From the NCBI GenBank assembly GCA_028534125.1, contig CM052817.1:17548001-17608000 (forward strand): 60,000 bases of DNA. Reading direction: 5' to 3'. Positions 48,778 through 60,000 of the stretch are shown here, piece by piece. Numbering within the stretch: position 1 is the first letter of the stretch; each line of letters opens with the position of its first letter. The DNA comes from Lama glama (Eukaryota). Made by a program: the position numbers and the translations under genes. The notes beneath the pieces are model-generated. The model did not search any database, had not been told where the DNA came from, and saw nothing but the letters and a program-made list of their open reading frames with translations.

Positions 48778-49215
48778 GGATACAGGATCAGCTGCTCTAA
48801 CAAAAACCCAAAATGATAGTGACAATAATAAACTAGAAAAGCACTCTTCTCTCAGGAACACTTTAAGCATAAACAATTCAGAGCCGCTATGGCAACTATA
48901 ATGTCAGAGACCTGAACCCCTTCTATCTTGTTGCTCTGCCACCCCTTGGATGTCACCCTCATATACATTGTCTGAGATGACTTACGACCACATCCATGAT
49001 CCAGCCAGCAGGAAGGAAAGAGGAAGGAGAGGAAAATGGAAAAGGAAAGCACATTCCTTCCCTTTAAGGGTGCCAGGAAGAAACTGCAGACATAATTCCC
49101 ACTCATACCTGATTGGCCAGAACTTAGTCACATGACCACATCCAACAGCAAAGGAGGCTATATTCTGTGGAATCTAAATCTAGAGTTTGTTTGTTTTTAC
49201 TTTAGAAAAGAGGGA

Positions 49216-49368
49216 GGGGAGGGTACATATAGCTCAGTGGTAGAGTGTGTGCTTAGCATGCACGAGGTCCTGGGTTCAATCCCTGGTACATCCATTAAAT
49301 AAAATAAAATAATAAATAAACAAATAAATAAACCTAATTACCTGCTCCCTCCCAAAAAAAATAACAAC
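49216..49368 (+). mobile_element. Full-length Vic-1-type tRNA-Ala-derived SINE
   Basis: A box TAGCTCAGTGG, AGC anticodon arm GTGCTTAGCATGCAC, B box GGTTCAATCC, (AAAT)n-AACCTAATTACC tail. TSD AGAAAAGAGGGA (49204-49215 / 49369-49380). Confidence 0.95.
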
Positions 49369-50772
49369 AGAAAAGAGGGAGAACAGATATTAAGAGACAA
49401 ATCTCTGCCTTTGCCACAATTGTCCTCCTTTCTCTTTAATGCACTCATGCATGTTAGGGCAGTCTGTCTTCTCGCCCCTCTGTCCCCATCCCACAGCCTG
49501 GAAAGAAGCCCAGGGAAAAAGGATGGACTGGGACAGGTGGCTTCATTGTCAAATTAGTAAAGTAGGTTTTGTAACATAACCCTAAGTGGGAAGGTAGATA
49601 AGTGCCCTTTAAGAATAGTAAATTAAAGTTATATTACCAGGAGTGATGTGACTATCTTATCTAAACTTGAGGTTTTTCAGCAAGAGACTAGTCTCAGCAG
49701 TGAAAAATATATAAGGTTTTTATTTAAATGCTTAGGAGAAAGTCAAGGGTCATTAGGATTGAGAAACACTCTTAACCTTTCTATCTTGGGACTCCAGGTT
49801 CAAGTCTCTCCACCAGCACCAGAAATGATGGCCCAGACTACGCCTTTGACTTGCAAGCAGGTTTCAGAAGCTGGACAACAAGACACAAAAGAGGATATGG
49901 GACTTAGTGAATAATACTGAGAAGCACAGAATGTCCTAGAAAATGCGGTTGGGTAAGCAAGCCACGACTTAGTTTGGGAAGGAAGAGGTAAGGAGAGGAG
50001 AAAATAAAGAAAGAGCTAGAAAAGGAAGCAATAGGACAAGACAGAGCATCTGCAGGGCGGCAGGATCTGGAGCCCCATGTGTGGCAGCCTGAGGTCTGGG
50101 CAGTGAGCGCTCCCCACCCACTTTGGTGGGAAGGGGATGGAGCCTGGGGGCACAGTGGTTAACTTTTCTACACCCCCGGCTCAGGGAAGCTTCCATGTAT
50201 CCCTGCAATCTCTGAATAAAAGGATGTTTAAACTTCCCCTGGAAGACAGGTTTTCATGTGGTTGTCTTGAAGAGGGCAGCCAAAGTGGTATCTGGAAGGA
50301 GGAAGATAAACCCTCCTCCTTCGTTACCAGCAAGCACCCTCTCAGTGGATTAAAGGGCGACCGAGGCATTCACTCATGACAACGACGCAACTAGAGGGGC
50401 AAAATGACAGAGCTCCACCTGCCCCACCCCGTGCAAGGACAGACACAGCTGTTTTCCTCCGTATGTCTTACATACTACATATGTGCTTAGGTAGATCACT
50501 GCCTGTGTGCCCCAATCCCACGTCTAGATGTTAAAGTCCATAAAGAATTAGTGTTTTGTGTATCCACCTTTGTAATTCCAAAGGAGCAAATACCATCCTT
50601 TCCACATGTGTTGGTTCCTTGAATGAAAGAAATCATCTAAAGTGTAGTTTCTTTAAGAAAAAAAAAATCTAGTCAGCACCCGTGAGAGCCAGGCACCAGG
50701 CATCCGAGATACAAAGATGAAAATTCGTAGTCCCTGTCATAAACACTTCTAGCCTAGGAAGGAGATGGACAC

Positions 50773-51229
50773 TGAAGTGGACATCTGTTATTTTTTGGCT
50801 TCCAGCCCCCAACCCCAACTTCCTCTTAGCCAATCACTCCCTATCTTGGGAAATCCCCACTTCTGTTTGTTTGGGATGGGCAGTACCCTCTCGACCACAG
50901 AAGCCGAAGCTGCTAGATGCCCCTCTCCCTCCTCCTTTTCCATTCCTGGTGCAGCCACAGGGGGGGCACATGACTAGGCCCAGCCAAACAGATGCTCTCC
51001 CGGGGCATGGAATGTGGAAAGTGTTATAAGAAACTTGGGTCTGGCTGGAGGTTATAATCAACATGATGTTGGTGGCAGGTACTCTGGTTCTTGCCCATTT
51101 TCCAACCCTGGCCTTAGAGCCTTTCTTTGATTTTGAGAACCCCTAATACCATTTCAGTAAGTCACTTTCTTTCTCTTAAGATTTCCAGAATTGGTTTCGT
51201 GGCCAAGAGCTAAATCTTTTGCTGATGTA
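50773..51229 (+). mobile_element. ERVL/MaLR-class LTR (LTR67B/MLT1L-like)
   Basis: TGAAGTGGACATCTGTTATTTTTTGG...GGCACATGACTAGGCCCAGCCAA...CTTAAG..CCAGAATTGGTTTC. Confidence 0.6.
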
Positions 51230-51721
51230 GAAATGTTAATCTTTTGATTACAAAGATGAGACACCTACTCAACCCATCTCAAAAAAAGTAAAGGGTGTAT
51301 TGTAGGAACACAGCTGGGAAATGGAGATGCCTAAATGTAAGGTCAGACACCATTACAGGAGAGTCTTTATGACGCTTGAGTGTAAACATATTTCTGGGTT
51401 TAATTAATCATCAATCACCCTTAAGAAACTTATATTCCAGTGAAAGAAATATATGATAGTGAACTGATAAGCAAAATATTGCAATTTATGATGAAAATTA
51501 TGGAAGAATGAAGAAGACGTATTTACTAGAGGCTCAAGACGCTTGGACCCTCAGCCCAAGAGCTGCTATTGACATGACTACTAGCCTCGGTACGTCTTTC
51601 AGCCCCACCACCAAGTGAATTATAGACTCCCTATAATATATCCTTTCTCTACCTTATAGTTTCTGCTTCTTCAGAGTTTCTGATGCCTCATAATTTAAGC
51701 TTTTACATTATAGCTTCTCCA

Positions 51722-52289
51722 GCGTCAGGCTGGGTTCCCTGGGGAGCAGACCCTGAGAAGGAGATTAGCCGACCAGAGGTTTATAAGGGAGTGCTCCTGG
51801 CATTCCCACTCACGGAAGGGAAAAGAAGTGGGTGGAACTGGGTGAAGAGACAAGTGGGGCTGCTCTGCAGTCTAGACTCGCATGATCAGTTTGTCTTGGT
51901 TCGCTGGAGACTTTCCAGGTTTTAGCCCTGAAAAGTCCATGTCCCCAGAACTTCTCTATCCCAAGTGAACCTGCACAGTTGGTCACCTTAGTACTGAGGA
52001 AGGCCTCAGCCAACTACACAGGTCACTCTGAAGCTGAGATGGTACTTCAAAATGTTCCCAAAAGGTGAACCCTGCTCTGTGTCAACCAGCCATTGGACAT
52101 GGGCTTCCCTGGAAAGGGTGCATGATCTTGGGTGGGGAGACAGAGGGTAGAGGAAACTCTTCAAGAGAGACAATCCCCAAAGAGAGCTGACAACTGAGGG
52201 CTGTCTGCTGGCAGCACTCACAGCAGCAAGGGGAATGAATCCTTCATTTCCTAATGGGATCTGAGCAGCACACCCCAGCGTCCGCTGCA
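51722..52289 (-). mobile_element. LTR16A-like ERVL LTR interrupted by MER81
   Basis: Minus strand begins TGCAGCGGACGCTGGGGTGTGCTGCTCAGATCCC...GAAGGATTCATTCCCC; the other end is GGGAACCCAGCCTGAC. Confidence 0.75.
51878..51990 (-). mobile_element. MER81-like hAT-Blackjack MITE
   Basis: Minus strand TAAGGTGACCAACTGT...GGACTTTTCAGGGCTAAAACCTGGAAAGTC. Confidence 0.75.
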
Positions 52290-53424
52290 TCAGGGCTCTG
52301 TATTTCGTGACCTCTCAGCTTCAGTTTCTACTACTCATTGCTGGAGTCTTCCCTGATTCAAGTCCCTGGCAGAATCTGATCTGGCCTGGCCCACATCACA
52401 GGTCACTAACCATCTGGAGATTGGCTCCCTTTGTCCACTGAGCTACAGTTGGAAGCAGGATCGTAAGATATAAAGAAACATGCCTTTCTAGACTCACGCC
52501 TTTGACAGGGGTCCGTGGACTACTGGGCTGGAGGAAATCCTGTTGGTGGGCGTCCCAGCGGCGTGACCACACACCAACAGTTGTAATGTGCTGTAGTGCA
52601 CGGAGCGTGTAAGTATATAAGATGGAGTATTTATTTCCATTGGACAAAGGATATATGTAAGTACAGTTTTTGTGCTGCCCAAACACCTAGGTCTGCCTAG
52701 TAGAGCCCAGAAAGGTTCCCCACAGTTGAATTAGGACTTGAAGAAGGGATGAACTAGGAGCAGGGTTTTGACCAGCAGGAGGTAGAGAAAGACTTTCCAA
52801 GCAGAAAGAACCGTATGTACACAGACACAGAGGTGTGAGAGAAATGTGAGTGGCCCCGAAGGGGCTGCCTTTCAGTCACCCCTGTACTCACTGCCTCTTA
52901 ACCAGGTGCCTGGGAGGCATTTTTGGCAGCTGCTCAGAGGGAGACATGCCACTCGTTGAATCATCGGGGGCACTCCCTGTTCCCGCCTTTCACAAGCTGC
53001 TGCCAGTGGGTTCTCTGGGCCAAGTCATGCCCCACCCTGATCCTGTTTGATTTGTGTGCTCTGCCAGGAACCCCGCGTGGGGTGGCCTGGCCTGGGGCCC
53101 CTGCTGCCCTTCAGACAATAGCAGCAGCCAGGTCAGTGCAAATATTGGTTTGTCCTCACACCTTGAGGCTCCCACTGCTGACAGCCAGGCCTTGGGAAGG
53201 GGAGGGCAACAGGTGGGTTTAGTTGCCAATTTGGCTCTGGAAGGCAGCTCTGCTCTTCCTGTTTCAGCACTAAGAATGGAAGGATTCCCAGGAGAGGTGC
53301 AAATGTTCCACCTACTGTTTTCAGAAGCACTAAAGTCTGCTGACTTCTAAAGCATCACACAAGTACAACAATAAAGAAGACGTCTATAGTAATGAAAAAG
53401 CCACCACCATCAGCAAGTCTGCAA

Positions 53425-53890
53425 GATAATAATAGTAACTAACATTTACTGAGCACTTATTATGTACGAGGAATAGTTTATAGGAATTAATCCACGTAGT
53501 CTTTATAAAAGCCAAGATATATGTTATTATTGTCCATATTTCTCACATGAGAAACTAAAAGCACAAAAGAGGTTGGGTAGCTCTGCCTAAATTTCACATC
53601 CCGTAAGTGGATTTGAGCCCAAGAACCCCCTCCATCTCAATCACTGAGTTAGCCGGTGTTCTGATGTTTTAACTGGCATCTTATGAGGTGATGTCTGAAA
53701 ATGTTCTACAATTTATTCACACAGATTTCTTTCATGTACATTGTCTCAATTCATCTTCATATTAGTCCAATAAGGGAGTCATCCCATTTTACAGATGAAG
53801 AAATGAAGGCTCAGGGAAAATAAAGTGAATGAATAAGCAAGGAGAGGCTATGCTGGGACCTCAAATAAGTGTCTTGCTTCTCAGACTACC
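53425..53890 (-). mobile_element. Two MIR fragments (~53425-53630, ~53700-53890)
   Basis: AACATTTACTGAGCACTTATTATGT... and CCCATTTTACAGATGAAGAAATGAAGGCTCAG. Confidence 0.75.
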
Positions 53891-55388
53891 CTGTTGTGAG
53901 TTATTTCAAAGAGGCCCAAGGATATTTACATCCAAATGTATGTAATGAGTGTATGTGCCCTAAATGTACTCAGAATGACTACACATTGGTTTTGTGCTTG
54001 CATTTAACATAGTGGGCATTTCCTAAAGAAAGCAGTAAGTAAAATGAAGTAAAGATTATGTGCAAAGAGGTCTGAGCTGGGAGGCAGGACCCCTGGGTGC
54101 TAGTCTGCTCTGTCATGAATACTAGTGACCTTGACAAAGGAACTTGCTCTTTCAGACATTTTTCTCTTCTGAAAAGCCAGCAGGTTGGGTTTTATGAACT
54201 CATGCTTCCTCCCAATCGTTAGAGACACGTTAGAGACACGCTGATGGCATGGTAAGGCTGGATTACCTAGCAACACTGAAATCCGCAAAGCCTCAAGGTG
54301 GAGCTGATGAGGAACCAGCGTCTGCGTGGTGGTGGCCCACCACTCACACACAGGTGCTCCCCACCTGGCCTTAACGTGGTCTGACTGGGATGGGGTGTTT
54401 CCACTTGACCATCACGTGAATTTTTTCTTTAACATTGGAGGCAAGGGAATAATGTTAAAGAACCAAAGCAAATCTACAGGTTTAAAAGAATCAAAGTAAA
54501 TCTCATACACTTTCTTGAACAGGTAAGTTAGGCCCCACATATTCCATCTCGATAGATGAAACACAGGGGTTGGGTCCTCGCTGCCCTTCCTTCTTCCCAG
54601 GGAGCAGTTAAATCTTCTAACTACAAGTCAAAGGCAGCAAAACCTCTCTGTTGGCCTGTTTTTGTGTCATCCTTCTTGGCCTACCTACTTGTCCACCTGG
54701 ATTTGTCAACTTCTGTGGGTAGGAGCATCTCTGGATTTTCTAGAAGGGGGCTGGCTAGAGGGCTTCCTCAGGTTTCTGCTGCCTAGATTCAATCCTGATT
54801 TTTCAAGCTTCACATCCTGCTGCTGTTCCTTTTCCTTTTGTCACCACTTCTGTCTCTGTAGTTTCACGTTCCTGTAGCCCATCACTCTCCCTGCCATAGA
54901 CAGGTATTTCTTAAACTTGAATGATGAACTATTCATTCTATTAGAAGAAAAAAATTCTCGTGGCTTTCCCACCATCACCGCTCTGCTGAAATTAAATGAT
55001 TTTCCTTTTTATATCACCTGGACATGTGCAAATATAAAAATTGGTTTAAAAAAAAACCTTAGGTTTATAGTCCTCACATGATCTATAAGACCAAAACAAT
55101 CTTACAAACGAAGTACAAACAACACTACAAAATCTCAGCTAACAGCAGGAATTTACTGTGGCAGACAATGCTGTTTTAAATTGCTGAAATTAAATTTCTG
55201 TACAGTCTGTGACTGTGGTGTGGGCTGTCAGAGCATGGACTCATAGAGTGTGGCACGCCATTGCCACCGTGTGCCACGTGGGTACCCAATCCTCCCATCC
55301 TTGTCTGCTGTCCACACTACTGCCAAGCCCTCCTTTGTTCAACACGCCAATGAGCCTTTGCATATCATAAATGCATCATTTACATATT

Positions 55389-56818
55389 TCTAAATAAAGG
55401 TGTACAATATGAGTATTTGATATGCATATATACACAGTGAAATGATCACTGCAGTCAAGTTAATTAATGTATCTTCTCATAGAGTTACTTTTTTGTGTGT
55501 GATGATAGTATTTGAAATCTACTCTCAGCAAATTTCCAGTATTTAATACAGTATTATTAGCAATAATCATCAATGTTACATTGGATGTCTAGATTTATTC
55601 ATCCTACATAGCTCTAATTTTGTGTCTATAACCAACACTTCCCTGACTTCCTCACCTCCCTGCCCTTGGTAACCACCATTCTCCTCTCTGCTTCTGTGTA
55701 TGACTTTTTTAGATTCCACATATAATCGAGATAATGCAGTTTTTTTTTCTTTCGATGTTTGGCTTATTTGACTTAGCATAATGTCTTCCAGGTTCATCTA
55801 TGTTGTTGCAAATGGTAGATCTCCTTTCTTAAGGCTGAGTAATTTTTCATTGTGTATATATATATATCACAGTTTCTTTAGTCGTTCATCCATCAATGGA
55901 CACTTAGGTTATTTCCATGTCTGGCCATTGTGAGTAATGCAGCAATGACTATGGGACCACAGACATCTCTTTAAGGTACTGATTTTACTTCCTTTAGGTA
56001 CATACACAGAAGAGGAATTGTTGGATCACATGATAGCTCTATTTTTGGTTTTTTGAGAAACTTTCATACCATTTTCCGTAACGGCAATACTAATTTATAT
56101 TCCCATCAACAGTGTACAAGGGCTCCCTTTTCTCCACATCCTCACCAATATTTGTTACCTTTTACTTTTTTGATAATAGCAATCCTGACAGGTATGAGGT
56201 GATACCTCACTGTAGTTTTAATTTGCATTTCTCTGATGATTAGCGATATCGAGCATTTTTTCATATAACTGCTGGCCATTTGTATGTCTTCTTTGGAAAA
56301 ATATCTTTTCAAGTCCTTTGCCCACTTTTTTAATCAAGTTGCTTTCCTGTTTTTATTTGTTTTCTTGTTTTTGTTTTGCTTTTTGCTATGAGGTGTATGA
56401 GTTTATATATTAACCCTTTATCAGATATACAATTTACAAATATTTTCTCCCAGTCCATAGGTGTCCTATTCATTGTGTTGATTGTTTCCTTTGCTGGGCA
56501 GAAGCTTTTTAGTTTGATGAAGTCCCACATATTTAATTTTGCTTTTGTTGTCTAAGCTTTAGGTGTCATATCCAAAAAAATCATTGTGAAGGCCAATGTC
56601 AAGGAGAATTTCCCCCCAAGTTTTTTCTACAAGTTTTACAGTTTCAGGTCTAGTCTTTAAGCCATTTTGAGTTGAGTTTTTGTGCATAGTATAAGCATCT
56701 GATTTCATTCTTTTGCATGTGGATATCCAGTTGCCCCAGCATCATTTATTAAATGATAGTCCACCCTAGACTATCCTTTCCCCATTATGTATTCTTGGTG
56801 TTCTTGTCAAAAATTCTA
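55389..56818 (-). mobile_element. 5'-truncated L1 (L1MA8/9-like) ORF2 end + 3'UTR
   Basis: TTCATCCATCAATGGACACTTAGG...TTTGCATTTCTCTGATGATTAG...TTGCATGTGGATATCCAG. Perfect 15-bp TSD CATCATTTACATATT (55374-55388 / 56819-56833). Confidence 0.95.
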
Positions 56819-57051
56819 CATCATTTACATATTAAAGTCCTCTTTGTTCTTTTCCCCTTAGCCTACAATAATGTGGGTTCAATGCCATTGTGATAAAGAC
56901 ACAGATACAGGCAGTGGACACTGTGGCACTGCTAGGTTTCAAGGTTATAAAATGGTTGAACTGCTTTTCAAAGTAAATCACAACCTAACAGTGGGTCATG
57001 AAATCAATGTGTTGCGTGCAAAAAGCATGTTCCAAAAAATGATATAGAGAA

Positions 57052-58292
57052 AACCACAATGAGATTATCATCTCACACCTGTCAGAATGGCTATTATCAA
57101 AAAGACAACAGAGAACAAATGTGGGCGAGGATGTGGAGAAGAGGGAACCCTCATGCGATACTGGTTGGAATGTAAGCTGGTACAACTACTGTGGAAAACA
57201 GTTTGAAGTTTTCTCAAAAAGTTAAAAATAAAACTGCCATACAATCCAGCAATTTCACTTCTGGGTATTTATCTAAAGAAAACGAAAACACTGATTCAAA
57301 AAGACATATGAACCCAATGTTCACTGCAGCATTATTTATGATAGCTAAAATATGTAAGCAACCTAAATGTCCATCAATAGATGAATGGATAAAGAATATG
57401 TATTTTATATGAATATTACTCAGCCATGAAAAAGAATGAAATCTTGCCTTTTGCATGACAACATGGATGAACCTAGAGAGAATTATGCTGATAATGCATG
57501 AGACAGAGAAAGAGAAACACTTGTGTTATTTCACTTATATGTGGAATCTCAAAACAAAACAAACGAACAAACATAATCAAACAGACACAGTCCTAGATGC
57601 AGAGGACAAACAGGTGGTTGCCAGAGGAGTGAGGGGTGGAGGGAAGAGAGAAATAGGTGAGGGAGATTAAGAGGTACACACTTCCAGTAGCAAAATAAAT
57701 GAGTCACAGGCATGAAACGCACAGCATGGGGGATATAGTGAATAATTATGTAATATCTCTGTATGGTGACAGATGACAACTGGACTAATCATGGTGATCA
57801 TTTTGAAATGTATAGAAATACTGAATCACTATGTTGTGTAACAGGAACTAACATGGTGTTGCACATCAATTATGCTTCAAAAACAAACAAACTCATAGAA
57901 AAAGAGATCAGATTTGTGGTTACCAGAGGTAGGAGGTGAGGGAAGGGTATGAAAGCAGTCAAAAGATACAAACTTCCAGTTATAAAATAAATAAGTGCTA
58001 AGGATGTAATATACAACCTGATAAATATAATTAACATTGCTCTACGTTCTATGTGAAAGAGAATAAATCCTCTCATGTGTGAGTCTTCATCACAAGGAAA
58101 AACCTTTTTTTCCTGTTTCTTTAATTTTGTATCTATATGAGCTGATAAATGTTTGCTAAATATATTGTAGAAATCATTACATGATGTATGTAAATCAGCC
58201 ATCATGTGGTGCACCTTAAATGTATACAGTGCTATATGTCAATTATATATCAACAAGACTGGAAGAAAAATAAATAGATGAATAAAATAAAA
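57052..58292 (+). mobile_element. Laurasiatherian L1, ORF2 end with a bipartite (tandem) 3'UTR
   Basis: AACCACAATGAGA..TCTCACACCTGTCAGAATGGCTATTATCAAAAAGACA... Two GTGGTT(G/A)CCAGAGG..ACTTCCAGT modules, then an A-rich tail. Confidence 0.9.
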
Positions 58293-58470
58293 TTAGATTA
58301 GATTTAAAACAGTGACAATTTTTTTAAATGAGAGAGGAAAAAAACATCAGCGTGTACCACATGGTGTCAGAATAAGTATCGTACACAGAAAATTGTTTCA
58401 CACACACACAGACGGGACCAATGCAAAGAGACGCCAGCATCACCTCCGGAGCAGGGCCCTGCAGGCCCAC

Positions 58471-58814
58471 TGCAGTTGGCTGAATAACGGCTCCTGACAA
58501 TATCAGGTCCTAATCCCTGGAATCTGTAAATGTTACTTTATAAGGGAAAAGGGGTTTTGTATAAGTGATTAAGTTAAGGGCCTTGAGATGGATAGATTAT
58601 CCTGGATTATCTGTGTGGGCCCCACTCGCGCAATCCTAAGTGTTCTGAAAAGAGAAAGGTGGAGGGAGGTTTGACAGAGAGAGAAGTACAGCCCTGTTCA
58701 CACCTTGGTTTGGATCCAGGGAAACTCATCTCAGACGTCTGGCACTAAGTGTTGGCTGTTTGAAGCCACGTGGTCCGTGGTCATCTGCTACAGCAGTAAC
58801 AGGGGGCTGCGGCA
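58471..58814 (+). mobile_element. MLT1D-like LTR, internally deleted
   Basis: TGAATAACGGCTCC..GTCCTAATCCCTGGAATCTGTAAATGTTAC...CCTTGAGATGG..AGATTATCCTGGATTATC. Confidence 0.8.
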
Positions 58815-60000
58815 GTGCCCCTCCCCTTGCCTCTGCTGGTTGTTGCCTCCTGGGCTGGGCGAGGGTGACCCCAGAGGCGGCACAAAGTCTATCAGGGAGG
58901 TGGGGACAGGGACACTTAGGGGGCTCAGAGCTACCTTCCAGTTGGCTTGGAATATCTCCATATTTTACAACTGGTGCAGCTGCACTGGTCTGGGTGGGCT
59001 GCCCATCAGCTCTCCTTAGGCGTGCGTGAGTATCAGTGTCTGGGAACCAGGTCGTCATGTAAAATGTATTCCTTCTGTGGGTGGATGCCCAAAAAAAAGA
59101 TGCAAGACCACTAATCCAGATGACCCAGGATATGCTTAGACTGACTAACTCTTTTTTTCAGGTCGCCATCAACATGAAAACACAAAACTTAAATATCCTC
59201 ACAGAGAATCTGTGGACTCCCAAGAATCATCCGCAGGCGCTCCAGGACCCTGGACCCCAGTTTGAGAAACTCAGTAAAATCAGTTTCCCTCCAGCATCAG
59301 GCCAGTATTTATCCTTTTAACACCTTTTGCACCGTAAGCCTAGTTTGTGTGGGCTCATCCACCCCTAGGCTGTGCCTACCTGTTCTTCCTTCTTAACCTG
59401 CTCTTGGCACCTGCTCCTCAACGTGGCCCTGTCGCGTGGGTCACCTGCCCAGCAGGGCAGGTCTTTGGCCTCGGTGGACCTGCCCTTAGCTGTGCAGGCT
59501 GGAGCCACCCTGACCTTCTGCCCTCACCTGCCCTCCACCTGGCTCAGCCTCGGGGCCTCACATTCCTTCTGGTCCCGTGAGCCCCTGGTTCTTTGCTGTC
59601 AAAGGACTCACTCATCTTAGCCCCGTGGTCTCAGATGCAAAGATTTTGAGTAAAATGCTGCTTTAAAAGCAAAACAAAACAGAAACATTGCCTCAGGTAT
59701 AACAAGCTTCTTTCTCTGAGGCCTGTTTTCTGCTCCTCCTTGGCTCTCAAACTGCCACATCCCACGTCTGGCTCTAATGCAAGAAGGGGTGGGGTCCTTC
59801 CCTGACAAGCAGGAACTGCGCTCGCACCCCAAACGACCCTATCTCAGCCGAAAGGCCTTTCTCTGCACTTCTGAGTTCTTTTTGTCTTGCTCCATCATAG
59901 GCGGGTTTTACTACTATTATTATTATTATTCATAGTTCTGCCTTCCTTTGTAGAAGAAAAGCTTTGAGCAACAAGTACATGGAGTTCCAATCCCTGTGGC

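Larger units (their letters stand above)
48555..49418 (-). mobile_element. MLT1J-like LTR hosting MER58A and a Vic-1 SINE
   Basis: CCTTCTATCTTGTTGCTCTGCCA...ATTGGCCAGAACTTAGTCACATGACCACA...CTTTGCCACA. Confidence 0.8.
56960..59113 (+). mobile_element. MER103C-like element split into three pieces (~56960-57050, ~58330-58410, ~59020-59113)
   Basis: AGTGGGTCATGAAATCAAT; AAAACATCAGCGTGTACCAC..TAAGTATCG; GGTCGTCATGTAAAATGTATTCCTTCTGTGGGT..AAGACCACT. The three pieces are colinear with one consensus. Confidence 0.6.

Noticed and set aside
49216..49294. tRNA-Ala(AGC) gene
   Set aside because: The acceptor stem is disrupted, an AT-rich SINE tail follows instead of a T-run terminator, it has a TSD, and sibling copies exist in the window. 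It is a SINE.
54219..54240. 11-bp tandem duplication TTAGAGACACG x2
   Set aside because: Trivial slippage duplication.

Overview
This is mammalian nuclear DNA, almost certainly from a camelid (alpaca, llama or camel). The evidence is three or four copies of a tRNA-Ala-derived SINE of the tylopod Vic-1 type and artiodactyl-type L1 3' ends. The window is intergenic or deep-intronic. I find no protein-coding exon, true RNA gene, CpG island or CRISPR-like array. The only recognisable protein sequence in the ORF track is L1-derived: a 42-aa ORF2 RT fragment beside a 500-N gap, plus degraded ORF1 and ORF2 remnants. Roughly half the window is interspersed repeats (MIR, L2, L1, MaLR/ERVL/ERV1 LTRs, hAT DNA transposons), often nested and often with readable target-site duplications (TSDs). 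Subfamily names come from recalled consensus sequences, not from a search. I do not see a new multi-gene biological system. The most interesting items are: (1) an ~80-nt polyadenylated retrocopy of an unidentified transcript with a 13-bp TSD (6435-6554); (2) an L1 carrying a 3' transduction (26852-27216); (3) a MER53 hairpin with a perfect 24-bp stem that seems to carry compensatory changes (13350-13479); (4) a two-LTR MLT1 provirus with nested insertions (25407-28571); (5) a MER41-like solo LTR with a GAS motif; and (6) a strong CTCF site and several repeat-free enhancer-like blocks.
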